Part shown: positions 13,074-25,821 of the stretch, one piece after another
How the letters are laid out: each line of letters begins with the position of its first letter
Position numbering within the stretch: position 1 is the first letter of the stretch
Assembly (NCBI GenBank): GCA_028534125.1
Contig: CM052818.1
Span: forward strand, 42,782,001-42,846,000
Direction: 5' to 3'
Source of the DNA: Lama glama
Taxonomy: Eukaryota
Length of the DNA stretch: 64,000 bases
Notes under the pieces: model-generated
Told to the model about the DNA's origin: nothing
Seen by the model: only the letters and a program-made list of their open reading frames with translations
The model's database searches: none
Program-made: the position numbers and the translations under genes

Positions 13074-13802
13074 TAAAAATTTTGTTGTGGTTTTTTTTTT
13101 TTTTGGTATTGAAGTATAATTGATTTACAATATTGTGTTAGTTTCAGGTGTACAGCAAAGTGATTCAGTTATATATACATACACACATATGATCATTTTC
13201 CATTATAGGTTATTACAAGATACTGAATATAGTTTCCTGTGCTATAAAATAAATCTTTGTTGTTTAGCTATTTTATACATATTATGTGTATCTATTAATC
13301 CCATACTTCTAATCTGTCATTGCCCTTGTCTCTTTGGTAACTGTAAGTTTGTTTTCTATGCCTATGAGTCTGTTTCTGTTTTGTAAATAAGTTCATTTGT
13401 ATTATTTTTAGATTCCACATATAAGTGATATTATATAATATTTGTCTTCCTCTGTCTGACTGACTTCCCTTAGTATGATCATCTCTAGGTCCATCCATAT
13501 TGCTGCAAGTGGCAATATTGTGTTCTTTTTTATGACTGTGTAATGTTCCACTGTGTGTATATAGCCCACATCTTCTTTATCCAGTCATCTGTTGATGGAC
13601 ATTTATGTTGCTTCCATGTCTTGGCTATTGTAAATAGTGCTGCTGTGAACACTGAAGTGCATGTATCTTTCTGAATTAGAGTTTTCATCTTTTTTGGTTA
13701 TATGCTTAGGCGTGGGATTGCAGGATCATACAGTAGCTCCATTTTTAGTTTTCTAAGGAATCTCTATACTGTTCTCCATAGTGGTTGCACCAAATTACAT
13801 TT
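13074..13802 (-). mobile_element. 5'-truncated artiodactyl-type L1 (~730 bp)
   Basis: T tail, then TTGAAGTATAATTGATTTACAATATTGTGTTAGTTTCAGG... through the ORF2 C-terminus; TSD TTTCATGCC(C/A)TTTT at 13060-13073 and 13803-13816. Confidence 0.9.
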
Positions 13803-13939
13803 TTTCATGCCATTTTGATTAAAGACATAGAACTCTGTCTTGCTTCTTTTTCCATCTTTAATCTACTGGTGATCTGAACTTTCCTCCATTATCACAAATG
13901 TCATCTCCCATTTCAAATTTTCCTTAACACAAAAACTTC

Positions 13940-14190
13940 TATTTACTGAGTGTCTATTATGTGCTAGGCTCTATGCCACATACTTTACTTATGATGTCTC
14001 TTTTATATTTTATGACCAATTGATGAACAAGAGGTATTATTCAAGGTTCATGGAGGTTAACTAAATTCCCCAAAGGTCACACAACTCTCTAGAAAAACCA
14101 AAAAAGCAACAAAGCACCCCTAGCACACCTGGAATAGAACACAAGTCTCTTTGCTCCTAAAGCCTTTGTCCTTTCTGTGACACCGTAATT
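13940..14190 (-). mobile_element. MIR fragment
   Basis: TTTACTGAGTGTCTATTATGTGCTAGGC...GAGGTTAACTAAATTCCCCAAAGGTCACACA. Confidence 0.6.
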
Positions 14191-14769
14191 CCTTTCCGAG
14201 CCAGGCCCCATTACTTGTCAAATTAGGCATACTTTTCTCAGAGCTCCTACAGTATTTATTTCACTGTACTGTAATGATTTTTTCCACATCTTTCTGATTT
14301 ATGAGGTAATAAAAATACTTTATTCCTAGATCCTGAAGACTTCGTAGAGCGCCTGATATATATAGCAGTACCAAGTAGTAACTATTTTAATCCGTGAATA
14401 AATGAGGAACCTTGGCAATGAGATTTTCCTGGTCCTTATGCTTCTCCCAACCACACACACACTAGAGGTAGGTAGTATCAACGACACTGGAAAATTAATC
14501 TGAAAACAGGGTTATGAGCTAGAATTTAGAAGTGTGAACTCGGAGGCAGTGATAACCAATGGCTTTCATCCCCCTGCTTCCTCTTACCTATTGCTAGTTT
14601 ATCAAGGTGCTGGGTTCAGAAGGATCTGAGGCTGTGTCAGCTCAGTGAGAAGTACAGGGACTGATGTCTTCGCTGTCTCTCCTCCCAGGGCAGGGGAGGA
14701 GAGGGTGGCAGCATTCCTGTGGTGTATTCGCCATCGGCACTTGACTCTCGTTCTCTCCATCTTCCTTTA

Positions 14770-15110
14770 CAATTGCTGTTCCCTCTGTTTGGAAAAGTCT
14801 TCCTCTAGATAAGGCTCCATGTCACTCCCTTATTTTCTCAGAAATTCGGTTTAAATATCAGTTTGTCAGTGAGTGAGAGTCCACCATTCATTCTAAAATA
14901 GCACATTTCCCATCCCATCACTCACTATACCTTTTGAGTACTTTACTATTATTTCTTGCACTGACGGACATTTTGCATTATATTATATAGGTCTGTTTAT
15001 TCACTTACTGTTTGTCTTGCTCATGTGAGCTCTGTGAGGGCAGAGATTTTATTCTGCTCACCCAGGCACCCAAGGCATACCCAGCACACAGTCCATGTTG
15101 AGTCAATAAC
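14770..15110 (+). mobile_element. L2a-like 3' end
   Basis: TTGCTGTTCCCTCTGTTTGGAA...TGTGAGCTCTGTGAGGGCAGAGATTTT...CCCAGCACACAG. Confidence 0.7.
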
Positions 15111-15224
15111 AAAATCACAAGTGCAGTATCCTTTTCCTCTTCTCTCATGGCGATGACAGCAGACAATAAGCATGATAAAAGCCATCTATGTCATTAAAGA
15201 ATTTCTTTTTTAAAAAAATTTTAG

Positions 15225-15365
15225 TACCTTTATTGTGGCGTAATTCCTGTACAGTAAACTACACATATTTCAGACGTACAATTTGATGAATTTTGATAGC
15301 TGTCTACATCTGTGAAACCACCACCACATCAAATTAGCTAACGTTTCCATCACTCCCGAAGAAGG
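15225..15365 (-). mobile_element. L1MB-like 3' end fragment
   Basis: CTTTATTGTGGCGTAATT...GTACAATTTGATGAATTTTGA...TGTGAAACCACCACCACATCAA...TTTCCATCACTCC. Confidence 0.75.
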
Positions 15366-15796
15366 TGCAGATTTTGAACTCACTGTTTATCACTTCTTAT
15401 GTTTAAAGTAGATCAGTTCTGTAAATTCCTTCTCCTTGATGTCTAATATATTCTGTATCTCTGACCCTTTGTAATTCTTATATTCTTTTCTAACTCTTAC
15501 ACTCCCACCTCTCTCTTTACTGGTCTTTACCATTAGGGACATTTTCTGCTTCTCCAACGAGAGAGAATTTCGAGGCACGTTCACTATCTAGTCCAAAGAA
15601 CTGCGCTCTTTATTTCCTTAAGGGATGATTTCAGTGATTTCAGGTGATTAACCCCTCCATGTTTCATCACTTTCTTTCCCAAGTATTTCCAAGGGGCATA
15701 GTCTACCAACTAGCCCAGACTATGATAAATTAGTCTGATTTGCCAGTATCTCCAGGTTAGTGTGGGTAACAGCTCTGATGTTGAATGTTCTTTCTT

Positions 15797-15982
15797 TCAG
15801 TGTATATATATACGTCTTCTTTATCCAGTTGTGTATAGCACAGGGAACTATATTCAATACCTTGTAATAGCCTGTAATGAAGACTAATATGAAAAGGAAT
15901 ATATATATATGTAAAACTGATCACTATGCTGTACACTAGAAATGTAACATTACAAATCGACTGTACTTCAATTTAAAAAAGA
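15797..15982 (+). mobile_element. Short L1 3' end with small inverted 5' segment
   Basis: 15831-15982 is a sense L1 3' end (GTATAGCACAGGGAACTATATTCAATACC...GACTGTACTTCAAT plus A tail); 15797-15829 resembles antisense L1 sequence. Confidence 0.75.
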
Positions 15983-17071
15983 AGTTAACTGCAAGCATAG
16001 TGCCCATTAACCACAGGGAACACAGATAAGAGTGAACTGTTCCTGTGAAGGATGGATGATTCCTTGAGAATTCTCTGACCGCTGAAACACACCCACAGGT
16101 GCTTCTTGTATGGTTTCAATGCAGCTCAGACGTCATCATTGAATAAAAAATTGGGAGTAGGTATTCGTCTTCCCTTTAGTAGAATAGTTCCTGTTTTCCT
16201 TTAAAACCCACCCACAGTCATCTTCCTCAGTATTTCTATTTGGGTGACATTCAGTAGCCCTCTGATTTTGATCAGAAAGTTTTTGAACAATTACTATATA
16301 CTTGAAATTCTGCTAAGAGGGCTAAAAAAATAAGTAAGACAAAATCCATTCTCTCCAAAGTTTTCCTGTCTAAGTGGAGACAAAGCAAACCCATTCAGGA
16401 CTTAGAAAACCTGTAACCTCAATGGTTAAAAAATATCACTTAATATTTTAACTTAGGTTCATTTGATACAACTGATTGCCTTTTATGTACAAAACACTAT
16501 GGGTGGACAATTTTATAGCCATTTCAAAATTTAACTTCATCCTAATCCTACAAGTTAGAGTTCGTGATCTTTTTCGAAGGGGAAGCGACCAAAGCCCCGG
16601 GTGGTGATCTTTCCAAGATCATTCAGCCAGAAAGCAAGGAGTCAGACTTACAGCCACGCAGTTTTTAAAATCCAGTGTCCTTTTCATTATGCTACCCTTC
16701 TGCTAGATGATTTACGTACTGAATTCTATCTGCTGTGGTCTGTTTTGATCTCTGGTGAGTTCATGGTTCATGAGGAATAACTAATGTCATTTAGAAACGG
16801 AAATTCCAAGGGTTGAGTCATAAGATTCTTTCATGGGACTGGCCATGGGTAAACATCGATTCACTGCCGTATCTCATGGTACTGCTCACCTAGCGAAGTT
16901 AAACAGGCCTCTTTACGTGTATAAATATGTCCTTCAGCCAGCTCTCTGCAGGGCCTGACTCATGCCATTACCCTGCTGTTAGGGCTGGCCAGCCACTAAA
17001 CAGGCAGTCACTTGTACAACTATTACAGGCTGTTGCCAGAAAAATTTAATCGCAATTATGGCCACATTTTT

Positions 17072-17284
17072 CTTTTTTTCTTTTTTTCTTTCCAGGGATG
17101 ACCTTTTTTTTTAATATATATAAACATTTTTTATTGAGTTATAGTCACTTTACAATGTTGTGTCAAATTCCAGTGTAGAGCACAATTTTTCACTTACACA
17201 TGAACATATATATTCATTGTCACATTCTCTTTCACTGTGAGCCACCGTAAGATCCTGTATATATTTCCCTGTGCTACACAGTAC
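17072..17284 (-). mobile_element. Young camelid-type L1 3' end with perfect 14-bp TSD
   Basis: ATGGCCACATTTTT at 17058-17071 and 17285-17298; body TTATTGAGTTATAGTCACTTTACAATGTTGTGTCAAATTCCAG...TTTCCCTGTGCTACACAG. Confidence 0.9.
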
Positions 17285-17420
17285 ATGGCCACATTTTTAA
17301 AATCCAGAATATTAGACTTCTTACAAGGAATTAGAAACATAGTATATATTGATTTGTGGTTATTGTTCTGCCTGTTTTTGAGAGACATTTTCCCAAACAC
17401 TATATGCAGCATAACAATTA

Positions 17421-17660
17421 TTTTTTTATTCCTATAGTTTTTATTGAGATATAATTAACATGTAACATTCTATTAGTTTCAGGTGTACAACACAATAATT
17501 CACTATTCATATATATTGTGAAATGATCACCACAATAAGTCTAGTTAACATCCATCACTGGACACGGTTACGTTTCATTCTTGTGCTGAGAACTTTTAAG
17601 ATCTACTCTTTTCACAAATTCCAAGTATACGATACAGCATTATTAACTATAGTCACCAAA
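17421..17660 (-). mobile_element. Older L1 (L1MA9/laurasiatherian-type) 3' end
   Basis: TTTTATTGAGATATAATTAACATGTAACATT...GAGAACTTTTAAGATCTACTCT...TTAACTATAGTCACCA; TSD CAGCATAA(C/G)AATTA at 17407-17420 and 17661-17674. Confidence 0.85.
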
Positions 17661-20189
17661 CAGCATAAGAATTATTATTAATAAATGCACAGTCCTCTGG
17701 TTCCTGTGACAGATACAGGCTCCTTGAATATCACCCAATGAATATATCCTTGGTTCTGAAGCTCAGGATGAAAAACTAGAGAATCACAGCCTTGAGGCTG
17801 GATTCCTTTCTGGCTTTCAGACATGCACTTGAGACTTCATTCCAGGAGACAGGACCTCAAGTCTAGGTGATTAGTGTAAGTGTTGTAGAGCTGATCCAGG
17901 GTTGGGATAGACTTTCCTAATGCCTACCTGTCTTATGTATATATATATATGTTATTTTGGAAAATGAAGAGTTTATCTTGCTCACCAACCGCTACCAGAG
18001 GTTTGGTATAAATACTCCCACGTGTTAGCTGGAAGCATGAAGTGGGTTTTCCCTATGAGAAAATAGTGGAAGGAGACCTTTGATTATTCCGGGAAAATCT
18101 TGTGAGAGACAAAAAAACATAATGGCTTCAGATCAGGACACCTAAATTAAAGTGCTGGTTCTACTAAATACAGGATGTTTTAATACTGAGCTAGGTGTTC
18201 GCCCCTGCCAGGCCTCAGTGCTTCCATTTGTGCACAGGGGACAGTGAAACGAGACTGATGCAGGTTGGTGGTGAGGATGACAATGGAGCTACATTGAGCA
18301 AAAGTCAACAGTTACTCCTCTGATGACGTCAACTTATTTGCCTCCTTAGATGATTTCACCATTACAGACACATCTAATATTTAGGACATTATTGTAGGCA
18401 ATGAAAGAGTTTGCAAAAGAAAAAAGTCATCCTAGCTTTATAAGATTGGAGACTTAGGATACTATGTTAGTGTTTGTTACTTAAAGTTATTCTGATGGAT
18501 GGACTCTTGCTCTAAGCAGCCCATGTGAAATTCCAAATGTCAGCCTATTGGAGGAACAGAACGGCAGCATCAGCAGTCCTCCTTGAGGGTTCTTGTCAAT
18601 TTGACAGATTTGACAGGCAGACAAATTTAATTTATTAAAATATTCTGCATAGCATTTTTAACACAAGGGGTTTTTATACTGTAAATGGACTGTTTTCACA
18701 GCCTTATTAAAATAAATGCATAAAGTCAGCTATTTTTCTTTGGAATTCATTAGCATGAGATTCAACACTTAAGGGACCTGCAAGACAGTTACTGATACTT
18801 GTATACCTGGACATTTTGGCTATTTTTCAATCTTTGTATATAATCTAGGATGTCTCCTTTTTAAAGCAAATAGGAATTGTACTTCAGGAGGAAAATTTTG
18901 TCTATGTGTTCCATTTCATGGAGATATTTACTGACATTATTAGAAGCCATTAGAAAGCCAGTGCTTCTCCCCGAGGACCGTTGGAAACACCTGAGCAAAT
19001 TTTGGGTTTCCTTAGACAAGAAGTTGAGATTTGCTTTTCTTCAAAGAAATTCTATTATTTGTACTGAAGGAACATTGTCAAAGTTAATAGATTTCCTTTT
19101 TTTTCCCCAAAGGCTATTTTAAAATTAAACACAATATGCTATAAAATTGAAATATTTATATTGATGGTGAGCCAGCACCATTTCGCAGAGTTGTCAGTTT
19201 CCTCTTAGCAATGGCTTCACCTCAACTATTCATTCTGTCTTGGCAAAATGGCCTTACTCTTGACACGCTTTGCACACTGCCTCTGACCAGTGTCCTCATG
19301 GCTTCTACCATCTTGGCTGTATTTTTTTTTTCCCTGTAGCTCACTTTGCCACTCAGAACCGACCTGTCCTCCTGGCTGTGGCCTCGGCCCCTCTCCTTGA
19401 GCAAGAGCATCTTCCTCAGGTGGCCTAAGATCACCACTGCTTTGGGTCCAGCCCCACTCCAGGAAGCCCCTCATTCGCACAGTTTCTCACTAGGGAATTT
19501 CTCTTAACCCCCTGAACTAAATTTAGGCAACCAGTTCATCTATCACTCAAAGATCTTGCCTACAGAGATATGCTGGGAGGTGAATTAATTGGTAAATTAA
19601 ATGCTAATAACCTGCCAATCACAGTAGTTCCACTGCAAAAGGGCTTTGCTTCAATATATTCAAATCTCACTTCTACAGAATTTGAAGGACCAAACTCACT
19701 CTAAAAATAGCATTTTACACAGAAATGACGGAAGATAGTCTATTACACTTAAATAACATAAAAAACATGTCTGTGTTTCCCAACTATTAGTAAAGATTCA
19801 ACAAAAATGTGTAATTATCTTAAAAACATCATTCAGATCTACTATGCCAGCCAATGACTTTTCATTTCCTGAAGTCGATATCTACTTCCAAATGCTTCTT
19901 CCTTTAGCTTTCTAAGGCATTGTTTTTAAAATGATACCCTGGTAATGACCTGTATTGCGGGCTGTAGTGGACTATGGCTATTAGTGCGCCTATCTTCTTA
20001 CCAGATGGAGTTCTTCAGTCTAGACCATGCTTTGTATCCACATAAGCAAAAACAAGGCGTGCCTTTAATAGAGACTCAATGAATGTATAGGGAGTTGATT
20101 AATGTTCCCATTAGAACATTAACTTAAAAATAGCACCTACTGTTCTTGTAGAAGTATAGTTGCTTTTGAATGAAGTTAACTGAAGTGGA

Positions 20190-20775
20190 TTAAGTCAGCA
20201 TTGGTTGAGCATCTATTATGGCAAGATGTTAGCTCCTAAGGAATCAAAGATCAAAATGCCAAGATCTCTGCCTCAAGATTAAAACCTATTTCAGAAGGTA
20301 ATCTGGTTCCCATTAACTTAAATAAATTGTGTTTGACATGGTTTAGGGGCTGAAAATCGGACTATTAAATGGGTGGAGTGAATATCAAGCATTTGGGTAG
20401 AGAGCCGCAGGAGCTCAGTGTGAAAGGATTAATTTGGCCTGTTGTGGTTGAAGTAGGGGGGGTTCAGGAGAGGTTTCACAGAACAGCTGATAAGTGGACT
20501 GAGTCATAAAGGATGAGGAGGATTTTGATATCAGGCCAAAGAGGGCAGAAGGATGTTCCGCACAAATGAAACAGTTTGAGCAAAGGCATAAAATGACGAG
20601 GCTTTAGGAGAAGGGTGAGTAGTTCAGCACAGGTGACTCAGCTAGAATGTGCAGTGATGGGTCAGGGGATGAAGCTTCAGAGGCTGGGGTGTAGTGGGCA
20701 GAAGGGAGTCATACTTGAATGATGCCATGAGGTCTGGGTTTTATTTGATAAGCTATGGAAAACCCTTAAAGACTA
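20190..20775 (-). mobile_element. L2 fragment
   Basis: CATTGGTTGAGCATCTATTATG...ATCTCTGCCTCAAG...GGACTGAGTCATAAAGGATGAGGAGGATTTT, a purine-rich antisense L2 pattern. Confidence 0.6.
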
Positions 20776-22071
20776 GCATGGGCAGAACAGATCTGGGCTG
20801 CCAAGCACTTATTTTGTTGGTCTGTAGAGGGTGGAGTAACTACCCTGCTCCCGTTTCCTTGTGTAGACTCTGCGTCATAGAATTACATGCAAATAAAACA
20901 GATGCACACGAAGGGGCACTGATTCCTGAAATCAGAGTAGTGAGGCTGCAGAATGAAAAATCTTGTCTTCTATCTCCTCTGGCAGTTGCTTTCTGGGCAA
21001 AAGCATTTTTTTTTAACCATACTGCATATTTATCTGGCTTTCTAACCCCAAATTAGTAATATTTCATTCTCAAGAAGTACTCCATTCTTGAGTTTTAACA
21101 TTTCTTTTCTCAGCAGGATATTATGGTTTAAAATCACAAATTAAAATGGCTTTTCTGAAGTACAGATACCTATAACCATGACCAAAACCATATTAAACTA
21201 TATTAAATGTCCAGAGGTGCTAAGAGAATAATAACTCCCTGGAAAAAAGCATGAGATGCTCTTCCTGAGAGTTCCAGGGAAAATAGCAAATCTAAAACCA
21301 CATATATTTTATAACTCATTAATCTAGTTACATTTTTAGTGCTCAGTTGCATTTCAAATAATTTCAAATTATCCTAGCTGTCCAACCAGCCTGGAGGTCC
21401 AAGCATCAAAAAATCAAAGGAGATTGGCTTTCCTTTGTTCCCCGTGTTGGATCGTCAGGCGAGAGGAGCCTTTCCTTCCTTCTACACACGCTGTAGATGT
21501 ATTTGCTTAGTAGTAAGATTGGGAGAGATTTTACTTTCCGAAAGGGGAGCAGGACTTGGATTTTCAGGAGACGTTTTCTGCAGGGACTGAATGTGGCCAT
21601 CTAGGCCACTTACTAAAGTGGCCCATATGGGAAATGTCTTGTCTCATCTCTGCTTCTCACCACTTCTCAGCTGTCTTCTAAATCTGCAACTCTCAAAGCT
21701 CTCTCACCGGGGCAGAAATTCAATTACCAAGAGGAGAAAAATATGCCCTTCCATTGTAATGAAACTCATAAAGTTACCCGTTGAAGCAGTGCTTGTCCAG
21801 GTATCACCAGGGCAGAGAAAACTTTCAAACTACGTGTGGCTAATCTTCCATCATTTGTAGTGTAATATCACACAGTGTAGATTCCTCATAATTCCAGCTT
21901 ATTTTCTAAACAAACTAACTTTCTACTGTATGGTTCTCAGGGAGAATCCTGTATGTGTTGATAGATGTGATATTTTTAGCCCATTCCTCCTGTGGTTTGG
22001 CTCAGAGTCAGCTCGTGGGCAGCAGGCCTTACAGACTTCCGAAGGAGCCAACCCTTCTTCCTTCTCCACTT

Positions 22072-22790
22072 CGTCCATTCATTCAATAGATTCTAATTGA
22101 ACACCTATCGCAAGAGCTAGACTTTGCAGCTGCAAAAATGAGAACGTCACAGGGCCTCCTCTAACAGAGCTCAGTGTAGGGAGAGACAGATTCAAATAAT
22201 ATTTATCATCGAGGAGAGTCTAGGGGAGGTGTAAACAAATTCACTGGGAGCACACAGGAGAAAGTTGCTAAAACCACGCTGAGGTATTTTGGAGATAGAC
22301 TGAGAAGGATGGATAAATAAGAGTTTTCCATTCAGGAATCAAGAATGGCAATGAGGTAAAGGGGAACAAGGTAGAAATTCACAGAAACCTGAATGAAAAT
22401 TACATACTATGCAACACTTTGAGAGTTCGAGAGAAATGCAGCTGGTCATGCACAGGGGTGGGACCGTGCTGCACCCTGACTGCCCCATAGGAGCTTGGTC
22501 TTTATCTTGTGAGCAAAGGGTCTGTATTTGGAAAGATCACTATGGCTAAAGGTGGTTGGCCAGAGGAGCCAGGGGAAGAGAGATGGGTGAGGAAGCTATG
22601 GAATAGCCAGGTTGAGGTGAGGACCCAGACTGGGATAAGCAGCAGGTGGATTTACAAACAGTGGCTTCGAGTGTTTCTGACTGTATCTGTGAAGTATCCA
22701 TCATACCTCCAGATAAAGGATGGTGTGTCCTATAAATATAATCAAGAGTAGAGAAGAAAGACACAAGAAACTCTTCCCTATCCCCACACA
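22072..22790 (-). mobile_element. L2 fragment
   Basis: TCCATTCATTCAATAGATTCTAATTGAACACCTA...GAGCTCAGTGTAGGGAGAGACAG...GAAAGATCACTATGGCT. Confidence 0.6.
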
Positions 22791-23018
22791 CGCTTACACA
22801 GGGCTGACTCAGTGACTAGGGAGCCCATGAACTCTTCCTTCTGAGGCTCTTCTTGGACTATATGCTCCTTTCCAGACGTGATTCTGGCTTTGGCCTTAAA
22901 ATCACATGAGTGGTCTGATAAGCCTTCCATGATGTGTGTAGGGGATGTGTCCTTAGTGGGTCACCTCTAAAAATGCAGAGGTCTCAGTCTTCTTGAAGAT
23001 GATAAAGTCTTCCTTGAG

Positions 23019-23208
23019 TAGGGTTGCCAGATAAAATACTGGATGTGGAGTTTTGTTTGAATTTCAGTTGAACAGATCATTTTTAGTATAAGTATGTCCC
23101 AGATATGACATGGGATATACTTATACTAAAATGGTTTTCCATTTTTTATCTAAAGTTCGAGAGTAACTGAGTGGCTTACATTTTCACTGGCTAAGTGGGG
23201 AAGCCCTA
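23019..23208. mobile_element. Full-length MER53-like palindromic hAT MITE
   Basis: TAGGGTTGCCAGATAAAATAC...GGAAGCCCTA termini, central TAGTATAAGTATGTCCCA/TGGGATATACTTATACTA palindrome, 8-bp TSD (T/C)CCTTGAG at 23011-23018 and 23209-23216. Confidence 0.9.
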
Positions 23209-23689
23209 CCCTTGAGCTTAGCGTCTCTCTGGCTCAAACCCTGAGCAAACACTTCCCCTGAGAAGCAGGAGCAGGATGAAAGGAAGCCTGTGCTGTTAGA
23301 AGTTGGAAGGTGTTTTACAAAATCATTGGCAGTAGGTTCTCTCCGGATCCGCTCCTTCCCCAGGAGAATCTGAAATCTGAAAACAGTGGGCTTGGCATTG
23401 AGCAAAGAGCTGGTGTGTTGCAGGACTGTTGGAGGGGGAAATGATTCCATTTAGAATAACTTATTTGTTAAAGCAAATATCAGTATACTTATAACAAAGA
23501 GGCCCTCAAGTTTCCCACTGCAGCGTGGATGGAACATTAATGTCTATGTCACAGATTGATGACAAGAATTTCCTTAGAAAGCGTAACAGCAGTCAGCCGC
23601 CTTATATGATCTTTTCTGGTTTTTTTGTTTTGTTTTGTTTTGTTTTATTTTTTGAGCACTGAATGTAGCTCAAATTAACTTGGTAAGCA

Positions 23690-23868
23690 TTTATTTTATG
23701 CTTAAAATTTAGGATATTGGCCCTAACCACATCTAATATTTTCCAAGCCTTTCCCCTTTAACCAAATTAAGTTCAGAACTCATGTTCACATTTAAAAAAT
23801 AATTGGATTATAAAAGCCAACAGGCATAGCAATTATTTGGAGATTTTAATATATGAGTAATGTTTATT
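23690..23868 (-). terminator. Candidate distal polyadenylation signals for a long LRATD1 3'UTR
   Basis: AATAAA on minus at 23868-23863 and 23695-23690, at the end of a ~5 kb repeat-poor AT-rich stretch downstream of the CDS. Confidence 0.35.
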
Positions 23869-24989
23869 TAGAAAAATACCCATGACCAACACCATCAAAT
23901 CTAATTTTCCCAGAGAGTTATGCTAGCAATCTAGTAGGTTTTCCCTGCATATATGAAGAGTATTTTTAGCAAGAGCTTCAATAATAAGCTTCCTTCTGAA
24001 GGAATCATCTTGTGATTCCATGTGAGAAAAACCTCTCCTTGAGGTAAATGAGAGATGAAGTTGTGAGTTCTTGCAGTAGTATTGGTTTACTTACCCCTTT
24101 CTGACCAAATGGCAAGAGGAGATTTTCTCTTTGGATGCTTTGATAGCTTTTTTTTTCCCCCTAGAAGCATACAGAATATCCAGAATACTCTTTAACTGAA
24201 ATCAGCCTTAAGCTTCATAAATTATATTTCTGTGAGCCTTCTAAGGTGAGAAAACCCTCCAATTTCAGTGAAAGAAATTTAGGTTCTCCTTAGAGTTAAG
24301 CCAAGTGGTGGGATTTCTGATTTTCCTAGCAATCAAGTATCACCAAGTACCACTTAAGTAGAGAAATGCCGCAGTTCTTACATATTCTGAGCACCTACTA
24401 TGTGCCAAGCCCCCAGTATGGGCAACTGATAATCTGGGTGCTCTCAGTGGATGCGTGGATCACACACCTCACCCGCAGTAAGGTCAGAGAAGGCGGTTTT
24501 TCCTTTCCCCCAACATATTCAAATACTCAAATCGCTTATATTACAAGTTCAAATGAGGTAAACATACAACCTAGGAGTTACGAAATCAAAGCGATTTTAT
24601 AAATTATTAAATAGTTGGAAAATAAGCTCTTGGCTTTCCAGCCTTCAGACAGAATGGAGAGCAGGTATCTCTGCTGAAAAGCTTATTAGTTTCTTTTATC
24701 ATCTCGTAACCTCCCCGCTTCATCTTGTGTCTCATTTTGCAATTGCTTCCTAATCTTTATGGCTTTCCTTTGAGTCTTTTGTCAGCTTTAGAGAAACAAG
24801 GAACATACGTCTTCTAAAAGTGAGACTAAACTAACTGCAACTCCCACAGTTTCTTCTTTTTGTTTTTGTTTAGTTTTGGGCGTAGCTGCCTTGCCGGTCC
24901 AGTTACTCATTAGCTATTTTGACCCCTGGAACTCTTCCTGTTGATGCAGATCTCAAGTCACTCCCCGTTTAAAAAAAAAAAAATAGTTT

Positions 24990-25146
24990 GCATGTATGTG
25001 TGTGTGTATGTATCTCTGAATGAAATCACAATTACTATAGGTAGAAATGTATCTTTATATATGGGTACACATATGTCCATGTGCACATATATGTGTAAAT
25101 GTGTATACATATGCATACATATGTTTATAAGGATTATATATATATC
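24990..25146. repeat. Degenerate TG/TA low-complexity repeat
   Basis: ATGTATGTGTGTGTGTATGTAT...ACATATATGTGTAAATGTGTATACATATGCATACATATG. Confidence 0.7.
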
Positions 25147-25783
25147 TCCTGCTAATAGCTAGTCATTGTCAACCAAAAATCGAGTTGGGTCTTAGACAAT
25201 CATTTTATAAGCACAGTTCATAATGTTTCCAGAAATCTCAAAGCCTGTGCTTTTCAGGTACAGACCCTTTATGCACATGGCAAATCATCTCTGAATGCCA
25301 AATCTAACTAGAGTCTCCTCATTTGTTTAAAAAAAAGCAGAACACTTTAAAAACAGGCATGTAGGTGAAAGTAAATTAGGTAGCTGCATTATGTTTGTGC
25401 AATTAGTATGAGTTTCACTGAAATTTGACCCTGCTCCATGTACAAAATGCCGAAGACACTGAATTCTTAGGGGTGTTGAAAGCAAACACAACAATAATCA
25501 ATAGTTTGAAGACTATTAGGATATGCTGATTATTCAGGTAAATCTTTTGTAAACACCAATAGCATGCTTGTCTTAAAAAAAATCATTATTCAAACAAAAG
25601 TGTTCACCATAGAAACGTGACACAAAGAGGCAGATAGACATCAACATTCTGAAAATCTGATAAAACTAGGTAATATCACTGAATTTACAGCTGCTTCTAT
25701 GTTTTCTAATTTTAATTAACTATAGTATTGCTTCATTGAATGACATAATCATGACAGGCATTTCAATTTTTAAACACTGAAGA

Positions 25784-25787
<4 letters not shown>

Positions 25788-25817
<30 letters not shown>
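25788..25817. repeat. (TA)15 microsatellite
   Basis: Perfect TA dinucleotide run. Confidence 0.95.

Positions 25818-25821
<4 letters not shown>

Noticed and set aside
13120..13498. ORFs such as MDGPRDDHTK... and MIYNIVLVSGVQQ...
   Set aside because: Typical spurious translations of an L1 3' end.
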